Source: Candidatus Eiseniibacteriota bacterium
GTDB lineage: Bacteria > Eisenbacteria > RBG-16-71-46 > CAIMUX01 > VGJL01
Direction: 5' to 3'
DNA: 64,000 nt
Assembly: GCA_041946735.1 (NCBI GenBank)
Contig: JBHGAY010000013.1
Location: 1-64,000 of the forward strand
Positions 48,481 to 56,601 of the stretch are shown in pieces. How positions within the stretch are numbered: the stretch's first letter is position 1; the number at the start of each line of letters is the position of its first letter. A program made the position numbers and the translations under genes. Below the pieces are notes generated by a model. It searched no databases. It worked only from the letters and a program-made list of their open reading frames with translations, and was not told where the DNA came from.

Positions 48481-48520
48481 CTCTCACGTCGGTCCGCTTG
48501 CGCTCACGTTGATCCGTTAG
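48461..48520 (+). repeat. 20-bp tandem repeat x3 starting with the last 20 nt of the CHRD gene
   Basis: CTCTCACGCTGATCCGCTAG / CTCTCACGTCGGTCCGCTTG / CGCTCACGTTGATCCGTTAG. Confidence 0.8.
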
Positions 48521-48603
48521 CGCGGTCGCCGCTCCAGCGCAACGATGCCGCGGCCGGGTCCGGGATGCCGGGCCCGGCCGCTTGCTTGCGCCTCGCGCCG
48601 CGC

Positions 48604-50376
48604 TCAACGGAGCGCGACGAGCGTCGCCGGCCAGATCCCGCGGACGGAGTTCAGCAAGAGGATCCGCGCGCCGTCGCGCAGATCGTCGATGCGGATCGGC
48701 GCCTCGGCCAGCTTGCCCTCTTCGAGGAGGGCGGCGCGGAGAGTCCCGGGGAGAAGCCCGGACCGGACGGGCGGAGTGAGCAGTCGGCCCCCTCGCTCGA
48801 TCGCGAGGTTCGCGATCGTCGTCTCGGTCACCTCGCCGTCGGGATTCCAGAGAAGCGCGTCGTCGCAGCCGGCCGCCCGCGCCTCCTCGAGCGCTCGATC
48901 GTAGACGGAGCGGGCCGTCGTCTTGTGGTAGAGGAGCGGATCGGCCGGATCGATCGGAGAGGAGGCGAGCCGCAGGCGGTATGGCTCCGGGAACGGCGCC
49001 CGCAGAGGCTCTGCCTCCACGCGCGCAGCGCCGTCCGCCTCGACGATCAGGCGGACGCGCAGCGGGGCGTGCGAGAAGCGGCGCTCCGCCTCCTCCAGTT
49101 TTCGAACGATACGGTCACGATCGAGCGCGCGGCCGAAGTAGACGCTCGAGGCAGCCAGACGCGCGAGGTGTGGCTCGAGGAGGACGAATCGCTCCTCCGG
49201 CGTCCAGCGGATCGTCTCGAGAAGGGCGAAGGCGGGCAGCCGATGCTCGAGCACCTTCGCCTTGGTGCGGCACTCCTCGTACTCCCCCTCCTCGGTCGAG
49301 TCCCAGACAATCCCTCCCCCGACGCCGTATTCCGCCTCCCCCGTCTCGCGATCGACGACGACCGTCCGGATCGCGACGGACCATTGCGACCGGCCGCCGG
49401 GCGCCAGGAAGCCGATCGTTCCCGTGTAGATCCGGCGCGGCGTGGTCTCGAGCGACGCGAGAATCTCCATCGTCCGGACCTTCGGAGCGCCGGTGATCGA
49501 CGCGGGCGGGAAGAGGGCCCGCATCTGCTCGACCAGACCGGCGCGTGTCCGGCAGGCGACGGTGCTCGTCATCTGCCAGACGGTCGGATATCGCTCGACG
49601 TCGAAGAGCCGCTCGACCTGCACGGTCCCGGGCTCCGCGATCCGGCCGAGATCGTGGCGCACCATGTCGACGATCATCACGTTCTCCGCGCGGTCCTTCT
49701 CCGACGCGCGCAGTGCAGCCGCGGCACGCTCGTCCGCCTCGCTCCAGAGGCCGCGGTGCGCGGTCCCCTTCATCGGTTTGGAGACGATGCGGCCCTCGTC
49801 ATGCGAGTAGAACAGCTCCGGGGATGCGGAGAGGATCGTCCAGCGGCCGGCTTGCAGATAGGCGCCGTAGCCCGGGCCCTGGGCGGCGATCATCCGCAGG
49901 AACCGCTGCCAGCGATCGCCGGAGCCGAGGCTCGCTCGGAGGCGGAAGGTGAAGTTCGCCTGGTAGGTGTCGCCCGATGCGATCCTGTCGAGCACGGCGC
50001 GGATGGCGGCGCGGTAGGCGTCGCGGTCGATCGAAGGGGCCCAGGCGACGGAGGCGAGTCCGTCACGGCCGCCGGTCTCGCGGCCCACCGCCCGATCCGG
50101 AGCCGGCAGAGCGGCCGGCTGGGGTTCGGCTGCGAAGATCCCGAACCACGCGAGGGGGAAGCCGCCGGGGTCGGGGTCGTGCACGGCGAAAGCGGAGTCG
50201 AATGCCGGCGAGGCCTCGTACGCGAGGAGGCCTGCCGCCCACGCACGTTCGTGCGCTACGCGACGCTCCACCTCCTCGAGGAGCGGCACCACTTCTCCGA
50301 TCGAGCGGGCGCACAGCACATCTTGCGGCCGCGGAAACCGCAGCCATCGGCCCCGCGTGGCGTCGTAGAGGATCAT
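48604..50376 (-). CDS. pabB: Aminodeoxychorismate synthase component I fused to a class IV aminotransferase (PabB-PabC)
   Basis: GDTYQANF, SPELF, KPMKGT, KDRAENVMIVD, FPPASITGAPK and GGGIVWDS; C-terminal HKTT, ET..AN and SGLLPGT.R. Alternative GTG start at 50466. Confidence 0.9.
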   Translation of the reverse strand: MILYDATRGRWLRFPRPQDVLCARSIGEVVPLLEEVERRVAHERAWAAGLLAYEASPAFDSAFAVHDPDPGGFPLAWFGIFAAEPQPAALPAPDRAVGRETGGRDGLASVAWAPSIDRDAYRAAIRAVLDRIASGDTYQANFTFRLRASLGSGDRWQRFLRMIAAQGPGYGAYLQAGRWTILSASPELFYSHDEGRIVSKPMKGTAHRGLWSEADERAAAALRASEKDRAENVMIVDMVRHDLGRIAEPGTVQVERLFDVERYPTVWQMTSTVACRTRAGLVEQMRALFPPASITGAPKVRTMEILASLETTPRRIYTGTIGFLAPGGRSQWSVAIRTVVVDRETGEAEYGVGGGIVWDSTEEGEYEECRTKAKVLEHRLPAFALLETIRWTPEERFVLLEPHLARLAASSVYFGRALDRDRIVRKLEEAERRFSHAPLRVRLIVEADGAARVEAEPLRAPFPEPYRLRLASSPIDPADPLLYHKTTARSVYDRALEEARAAGCDDALLWNPDGEVTETTIANLAIERGGRLLTPPVRSGLLPGTLRAALLEEGKLAEAPIRIDDLRDGARILLLNSVRGIWPATLVALR

Positions 50377-50584
50377 CGGGCCTCCCCCGCTCGGGTCTTC
50401 GCCCTCCGGATCTCCGCTTCCAGCGCTCTCGAATCCGGAACCGGAACGGCTTCGGATCGTACTCACTCGGTCCTGCCCTGGAAACGGCGGAGGTCGGTCG
50501 ATCGGCCAGGAAGGCGGGCCGACCGACCTCGCCGGGTCCGGGATCCCAATCCGAACCCCAGCGCGCGAACCTCCGGGAGGAACG

Positions 50585-51154
50585 ATGAAGCGCCGCTCCC
50601 TCGCGATCCGAATGGTTCGATCCAGCATCCCGTATTCTCTGCCCATCCTGTCCCTCCTGGCACTGATTCCTCCGGTCCTCGCTGCCGAAGGCGGAGACGA
50701 AGGCCGGGCCACCGGGGCCGCCTCTCTCTCGACCAGCGCCACGATCTCCGGAGACTCGCTCGACCTCTCCGCCTACCGCGGGAAGGTCGTCTATCTCGAC
50801 TTCTGGGCATCGTGGTGCGGCCCGTGCCGCGCGGCATTCCCTTGGATGGACGAGATGCAGCGGCGCTATGGGTCGAAGGGATTCACGGTGCTGGCGGTCA
50901 GCGTCGATCGCAAGCGTGAAGCGGCCGAGAAGTTCCTGAAGGAGCGTTCCCCCTCCTTTCCGATCCTCTTCGATCCGGAGGGAAAGGTGGCGTCCCGATA
51001 CGACCTCAAAGGGATGCCCACATCCTTCCTCTATGACCGCCAAGGACGCCTGCACGAATCGCACCTGGGATTCGACCCCGCAAAGTCGGGCGAGGTCGAG
51101 GCGGCGATTGCGAAGCTGCTCGCCGAAGAGGCGCCGAAGGATGCGAACCCCTGA
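50585..51154 (+). CDS. TlpA/ResA-like periplasmic thioredoxin
   Basis: Signal/TM segment, GKVVYLDFWASWCGPC and cis-Pro motif GMPTS. Confidence 0.93.
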   Translation: MKRRSLAIRMVRSSIPYSLPILSLLALIPPVLAAEGGDEGRATGAASLSTSATISGDSLDLSAYRGKVVYLDFWASWCGPCRAAFPWMDEMQRRYGSKGFTVLAVSVDRKREAAEKFLKERSPSFPILFDPEGKVASRYDLKGMPTSFLYDRQGRLHESHLGFDPAKSGEVEAAIAKLLAEEAPKDANP

Positions 51155-52088
51155 GGCAGCGCGCCGCTGTGACGTGCCGGCGTCCCCGCCCGCCGAAGCG
51201 CTGAGGCTCGAGCCGTCCGGAGACGACGGCGCCTGGCGCGGAGGCTTCTCTGCGATGGCGAGCGGGTGCGAGGTCCTCGTCGATCCGGTCCCCGAGCCGC
51301 TTGCGCGCCGGCTCCTGGAGATCGCCGCACGGGAGGCTTGGCGCATCGAGCGCAAGTACAGCCGGTACCGTCCCGACAGCGAGGTCGCCCGGATCCATCG
51401 ATCGCGCGGAGCGCCGGTGGAGGTCGACGACGAGACCGCCGGTTTGCTCGACTTCGCCGCCGCGTGCCATGCCATGAGCGGCGGACGGTTCGACGTGACC
51501 TCCGGCGTGCTGCGCCGCGCCTGGAGGTTCGATGGGAGCGACCGCGTCCCGGCCGCAAGCGAGGTCGAAGCCCTACTGCCTTCGATCGGCTGGGAGAAGC
51601 TCGCCTGGAGACGGCCGATCCTCTTCCTGCCCGAGGGCATGGAGATCGACTTCGGAGGCATCGGCAAGGAGTACGCGGTCGACCGCGCGTTCGAGGAGAT
51701 GCGCGTGGAGACCGGCGCCGCGTTCCTCGTCAACTTCGGCGGCGATCTCCGCGCGAGCGGGCCGCGCTGCGGCGAACGTCCCTGGGTCGTCGGGATCGAG
51801 GATCCCGGCGCGGAGGAGTGCGCCGTCCAGCGGATCGAGTTGAGCGGCGGCGCGCTGGCGACGAGCGGCGACAGCCGCCGCTTCCTCGAGAAGGACGGCG
51901 TCCGTTACTCCCACGTTCTGGACCCGCGCACCGGCTGGCCCGTGCGCGATGCCCCGCGCTCGGTGACCGTCGCCGCCCCTACCTGCCTCGAGGCCGGAAT
52001 GCTCGCGACAATGGCGCTGCTGCATGGTCCCGCAGCGCGCGCGTTCCTCCAGGAGCAAGGTGCCCACTCCTGGTGCGTCATGGCCTGA
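51141..52088 (+). CDS. apbE: FAD:protein FMN transferase
   Basis: AMAS, SRYRPDSE, FDVT, IDFGGIGKEYAVD, NFGGD, ATSGD and HVLDPRTGWP. Confidence 0.92.
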   Translation: MRTPEAARRCDVPASPPAEALRLEPSGDDGAWRGGFSAMASGCEVLVDPVPEPLARRLLEIAAREAWRIERKYSRYRPDSEVARIHRSRGAPVEVDDETAGLLDFAAACHAMSGGRFDVTSGVLRRAWRFDGSDRVPAASEVEALLPSIGWEKLAWRRPILFLPEGMEIDFGGIGKEYAVDRAFEEMRVETGAAFLVNFGGDLRASGPRCGERPWVVGIEDPGAEECAVQRIELSGGALATSGDSRRFLEKDGVRYSHVLDPRTGWPVRDAPRSVTVAAPTCLEAGMLATMALLHGPAARAFLQEQGAHSWCVMA

Positions 52089-52131
52089 GCCCGGCGAGTC
52101 GACTCGCGAAGGCGAGGAAGCGGCTCGAACC

Positions 52132-53733
52132 TTATCGAACGAGCACCAGGCGCCGCTTCGCCTCTCCGTTCGCCGTCCGCAGCACCCCGAAGTAGACGCC
52201 CGCCGGCGCGTCCTCGAAGATCGCGGCCGTGTCGAGGGGCACCACGTGCGCGCCGGCCGTCTCGTTGCGATCGAGGAGGGTCGACACGAGGCGTCCCTCG
52301 ACGTCGACGAGCTCGAGGCGGACCGGACCGCTCTTCGGCAGCGTGTACGAAAGCTCGGTCGAGGCGCGGAACGGATTTGGCGATGCGTTCAGGTCCAGGC
52401 GGGCGACCCCCGCCTCCGGGCCAGGGGCGTCCGCCAGTCCGTTGCGAAGGACGAAGAGGCCCCGCTCGATGTCGGAAACGAGGATCGTCCCGCTCGGAAG
52501 AGCTGGATAGACGCCCCACGCGCCGTTGAAGTTCGCATTGTCGTTGTCCGGATATGTGTCGAAGAACCCGACCTCGTGTTCCTCACCGGGATTGCGGATG
52601 TCATAGATTCGCAGGCCGCTCCGGTAGTTCGCCTCATAGAGATAGCCGTCGCGACCGTACGGATTATGATCGATCGCGGACAGACCGTTCGTGAAGCTCC
52701 GCAGGAACGTCGGATGCGCCAGATCGGAGACGTCGATCACGTACGTCGTCGTGGTCGAGACGTCGGGATCGTCCAACTCGTCCAGCTCGTCGTTGACGTA
52801 GAGGAGCCGGCGATCCGGGCTGAGCCAGCTGTGGTGGCAGTAGGTCGTATTCGGATAGGCAACCGAGCCGAGCGTGACCATGGCGCTCTTGTCGGTGACG
52901 TCGATCGTGAAGAGCCCGTTCGAGCCACAGGCGGCGAAGGCGATCTCCCGCCCCGCATAGGGACCGTCTTCGTACGTGACGACATTGACGTCGTGGACGT
53001 AGTGCTCGGACCAGACGGTGTCGAGCGAGAAGTAGGGATGCATCGGATCGGAGACATCGACCGCGATCAGCCCACCGCCCGAAATGTTGGGCCCGTACCC
53101 GTTCGATCCACAGAGGTAGACGAAGTGGCTCGCGTGGTTCACGGCGATGTTGTGGGATGTCTTCAGGTCGTAGTCGGTGTCCTGCACCGCCAGGCTCACC
53201 TGTCCCTCGTCGATTCGAGTCAGGTCGATCACGTAGAGGCCGTCCCCGGTGTCGGGCGGATTGTCGTCGGGATAGTCATGGACGGCGAAGGCGTACTCCC
53301 CGTCGATCTTCATATCGCGCCAGATCGAGGGGCGGCCGGGGATCACGCCGACGACGACCGGGTTGGACGGATCGGTCACCTCGACGAAGCCGACCCCCTC
53401 CCACAGTCCGATGATCGCGTACTCGCGCCCCGATGGAGAGACGTAGCCCCAGATATCGGACGCGCGTTGCTGCGAACCCGGAAACTCGGAGAGCGGCACC
53501 CAGCCGAGAAGGGCGACGTTCGACGCGGCGAAGGTGTCGAGGATCTTGCCGCGGGAGTCGGGTTGGAGCGGTAAGCCCGAGTAGCCCGGGCCGTCGTAGG
53601 GAGGCTCGGCGTCGTGCTCCATCCGCTCGTCCCCATGCATGGGGAGCGCGGGAACTTGCGAGGACTGGGCGAGGATTGCGAGGAATGCGAGGGCCGGCGC
53701 GAGCGCGCCGGGGCGAAGGCTCCTGATGTTCAC
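52132..53733 (-). CDS. Secreted choice-of-anchor B / LVIVD-repeat propeller protein with FlgD-Ig/T9SS-like C-terminus
   Basis: SDIWGY, SIWRDMK, SHNI, YVHD, HHSW, DELDE, IDHN, ANYRSGL and GAWGVYP; PNPF...GVYF; GGAGAGGAG RBS before the GTG. Confidence 0.85.
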   Translation of the reverse strand: MNIRSLRPGALAPALAFLAILAQSSQVPALPMHGDERMEHDAEPPYDGPGYSGLPLQPDSRGKILDTFAASNVALLGWVPLSEFPGSQQRASDIWGYVSPSGREYAIIGLWEGVGFVEVTDPSNPVVVGVIPGRPSIWRDMKIDGEYAFAVHDYPDDNPPDTGDGLYVIDLTRIDEGQVSLAVQDTDYDLKTSHNIAVNHASHFVYLCGSNGYGPNISGGGLIAVDVSDPMHPYFSLDTVWSEHYVHDVNVVTYEDGPYAGREIAFAACGSNGLFTIDVTDKSAMVTLGSVAYPNTTYCHHSWLSPDRRLLYVNDELDELDDPDVSTTTTYVIDVSDLAHPTFLRSFTNGLSAIDHNPYGRDGYLYEANYRSGLRIYDIRNPGEEHEVGFFDTYPDNDNANFNGAWGVYPALPSGTILVSDIERGLFVLRNGLADAPGPEAGVARLDLNASPNPFRASTELSYTLPKSGPVRLELVDVEGRLVSTLLDRNETAGAHVVPLDTAAIFEDAPAGVYFGVLRTANGEAKRRLVLVR

Positions 53734-54011
53734 GGCGACTCCTCTCCGCGGCCTCCCTTCGAAACTCCGTCCGTCGCGATCGCCGGCCACGCCCGCTCAT
53801 CGAGCGATCCGCCCGGGTCGCGGCGAAACGGGTGAGTGTACTCCGGGAGCGGAGCGGGAAGCCAGAGAGACGAGCGGGCGGATTGCGGGCGGAGGTGTCG
53901 GAGAGCTGTACGGCCGGCCCTACCGCCGTGCCAAGTGATTTCGGTGACGGCCGCGCGAGGGAGGCCGGTCATCGCGCGCCCGCCTTGGCCGGGAGACCGT
54001 GGCGTTGGCCC

Positions 54012-54563
54012 TCAGGCCTTGGCCGGCAGCTCTCCCCGGCGCAGCCGGCGGTAGAGATCCAGGGCGTCGAGCAGGATCCGGACGGCCTCCTCCGGCCCCA
54101 TCAGGTCCTCGACGACCACCTGCTTGTGCTCGAGCTGCTTGTAGTCCTCGAAGAAGCGCCGCATCTCCCGAAGGACGTGGCTCGGGAGCTGGCGGTGATC
54201 GGTGTACGCGTTCACCGCCGGATCGTGCACGGAAACCGCCACGATCTTGTCGTCGATCCCCTTCTCGTCGCGCATCCGGAAAGCGCCGACCGCGCGCGCC
54301 TCGACGATGGTCAGAGGATCGACCGGCTCCTGACCCAGCACGAGGGCGTCGAGCGGATCGCCGTCGTCGCAGTAGGTGCGCGGGATGAAGCCGTAGTTCG
54401 CCGGGTAATGGACGGCCGAGTAGAGCACCCGGTCGAGGCGGAGAAAGCCGGTCTGCTTGTCCAGCTCGTACTTGTTCTTGCTCCCCATCGGAACTTCGAT
54501 CACCACGGGGAAGGCGCTCGAGACGAGTTGATCGTCGACGTAGATGTCGTGCCAGGCATGCAT
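54012..54563 (-). CDS. ppa: Family I inorganic pyrophosphatase
   Basis: KYELDK, LDRVL, YPANYGFIPRT, DGDPLD, DDK and FFEDYK. Confidence 0.96.
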   Translation of the reverse strand: MHAWHDIYVDDQLVSSAFPVVIEVPMGSKNKYELDKQTGFLRLDRVLYSAVHYPANYGFIPRTYCDDGDPLDALVLGQEPVDPLTIVEARAVGAFRMRDEKGIDDKIVAVSVHDPAVNAYTDHRQLPSHVLREMRRFFEDYKQLEHKQVVVEDLMGPEEAVRILLDALDLYRRLRRGELPAKA

Positions 54564-54738
54564 CGGAAGGGCTCCTGACTGGAGGCGGCCGGCCCGGCCG
54601 TCTGACCGTCCCGAGTGTAGGCGATCGCAGGCCCGGCGCCTCGCCGTCGGCGAAGGCCGCTTGCGCTCTGCCGGCCGACCGGGACAATCTGCCTGCGGGG
54701 AGGCGCGGGACGATCCGCCTCCGAGGAGGTGCGAGGCG

Positions 54739-55179
54739 ATGGCGATCGAGATCCGCGAGTACCGTCCCGACGAGTACGAGCAGGTGCGCGCTCTGTGGGA
54801 AGCGTGCGAAGGCGCGATCGGCCTGGGGCGATCCGACACGCCCGAGGAGATCGAGAAGATGCGCCGCTTCGACCCGGGCCTCTTCCTCGTCGCGGCCGGC
54901 GAGGGCGGCACGATCGCCGGTACGGTGATCGGCGGCTTCGACGGCCGCCGCGGCCACGTCTACCATCTCGCCGTCGCGCCCGATTCGCGGCGCTCGGGCC
55001 TCGGCCGGCGCCTCATGGCGGAGATCGAGCGCAGGCTCGTGGCGCGGGGGGCGATCCGGGCGCACCTGATGGTCATGCCCGGCAACGAGCAGGCGATCCG
55101 CTTCTACGAGTCGATCGGCTGGTCGGTCCTGCCGATCACCGCGATGTCGAAGAACCTAGAGGCGCCGGCCGAGGGCTAA
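54739..55179 (+). CDS. GNAT family acetyltransferase (YpeA-like)
   Basis: GFDGRRG.VYHLAV..RRSGLGRRLM and N..AIRFYESIG; GAGGAGG RBS. Confidence 0.9.
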   Translation: MAIEIREYRPDEYEQVRALWEACEGAIGLGRSDTPEEIEKMRRFDPGLFLVAAGEGGTIAGTVIGGFDGRRGHVYHLAVAPDSRRSGLGRRLMAEIERRLVARGAIRAHLMVMPGNEQAIRFYESIGWSVLPITAMSKNLEAPAEG

Positions 55180-55205
55180 CCCGCCGCCGCCCTCGCGCGA
55201 GCCTC

Positions 55206-55277
55206 TCGTCGATCGGATCGTCGATTCGCTCGTCGATCGGATGGTTGATCTGCGCGTCGATCTGCCTGTCGATCTGC
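55206..55277. repeat. 12-bp degenerate tandem repeat x6 between convergent genes
   Basis: TCGTCGATCGGA / TCGTCGATTCGC / TCGTCGATCGGA / TGGTTGATCTGC / GCGTCGATCTGC / CTGTCGATCTGC. Confidence 0.75.
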
Positions 55278-55282
55278 GCGCA

Positions 55283-55903
55283 TCACTTCTTCCAGAGCTT
55301 CATCTCCATCATCGGCGTCCAGGTCGCGCCGCCGTCGGTGGACATCTCCCCCGTCTCGTGCCACCAGCCGTCTTCGAGGCGCATCGAGTAGCGGATGCGA
55401 TCCTTCGCGGCGTCGGGGGCCCAGTCGAAGCCGTTCTCGACCGGCGTCAACGTCGCGACGCCGCTCAGTCCGTCGGTCGTCCCGGAATGCATCCGGTACT
55501 GCCCCGACCACGGCTCGTAGAAGACGAGGCCGATCGCGCGGAATGCGATTCTCCCCTGCTCCGTGCCGGTGCCTTCGATCAGGAGCGCCGCCCCCTCGAG
55601 CTTCGTGCGGACCGACTCGTGCTGGCGCAGCTCGTGGCGCTGGCCGTCGGGCGTCACGACCCAACCGTTGCCGTCCCACTCGCCGACCAGGAAGGACATC
55701 CGCTGCATCGCTTCACGCGGCGAGATCCTCGAGCCGGGGGCCTGATTGCCAGTTGGGGCGGCCGGAGCCTGAGCAGGCGCAGCGGGCGCCTCCGGCGGAT
55801 CCTCCGCAGCGGCACGGCTCGACGAGGCGACGAGCGCCGCCGCGCAGAGGACCAGGCTCACGAACGTCAGGGCGACGATCCGGATCGCGCGGAACGATGT
55901 CAT
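55283..55903 (-). CDS. Secreted hypothetical protein (DUF1579/lipocalin-like beta-barrel)
   Basis: Signal peptide, M.RMSFLVGEW.G and W.ETGE.S.DGG.TW; GAGGAGGAG RBS. Confidence 0.7.
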   Translation of the reverse strand: MTSFRAIRIVALTFVSLVLCAAALVASSSRAAAEDPPEAPAAPAQAPAAPTGNQAPGSRISPREAMQRMSFLVGEWDGNGWVVTPDGQRHELRQHESVRTKLEGAALLIEGTGTEQGRIAFRAIGLVFYEPWSGQYRMHSGTTDGLSGVATLTPVENGFDWAPDAAKDRIRYSMRLEDGWWHETGEMSTDGGATWTPMMEMKLWKK

Positions 55904-56028
55904 CGGTGCTCCTCCTCTTCCTTTTCCTTCCCCTTCGTCGGTCCAACCGCCCGCGCTCGGACGGCGACCGGCAGACGATATCGCGGGCTTCGCGCCGCGT
56001 TCAAGCGCTCGCTCCGTGTTCCCGACGC

Positions 56029-56601
56029 TCAAGTCCGATCGAGACCGAGTCCCGGGTAGGAGATGTCGAGGCCTTCGATCACGGCGAACGGCGTGATCTC
56101 GTGGGGCCGGGGCGGGCCAAGGGAGAGGATGTGCACGACGGCGATGCCGCGGACGGTGAGCGCGTCGGCGATCAACGAGCGGTGGCAGCGCCACGGGACC
56201 GCTTCGGCGCACAACAGGCACAGACGAGCTTCGTCCTCCGCCGTCGCTTCCTCCGCGGCATCGCCTCCGACGCGGCGGGCGAGATCGATCAGGCCGGCGA
56301 GCGCTTCGCGAAATCCCCCGGTTTCCATGTAGTCCGCATAGCCGCGGAAGGAGGCGTTCTGCCAGCCGGTGTTGCGCGAGTCCTTCCGGGGATGGCGCAG
56401 GCCTCCGAGTCCCGGGAGATGCGAGTAACCGATTCCCGCGCTGGCCAGCGAGGCGGCGAGCGTCTCGCGCGCGAACTGGGGGTTGCGGCGCGACCGTGGA
56501 ACCGTGCGGACGTCGGCGATCCAGCGGACGCCGTGCGCGTGCAGCAGGACGATCAGGTCCTCCGCGCTGCGCGTGGAATGTCCGGCGGTCGCGATCGTCA
56601 T
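56029..56601 (-). CDS. DUF488 family protein
   Basis: TAGHST, DVRTVP.SR, LGG.R, F.GYADYM and LCAEAVPWRCHRSLIAD. Confidence 0.9.
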   Translation of the reverse strand: MTIATAGHSTRSAEDLIVLLHAHGVRWIADVRTVPRSRRNPQFARETLAASLASAGIGYSHLPGLGGLRHPRKDSRNTGWQNASFRGYADYMETGGFREALAGLIDLARRVGGDAAEEATAEDEARLCLLCAEAVPWRCHRSLIADALTVRGIAVVHILSLGPPRPHEITPFAVIEGLDISYPGLGLDRT

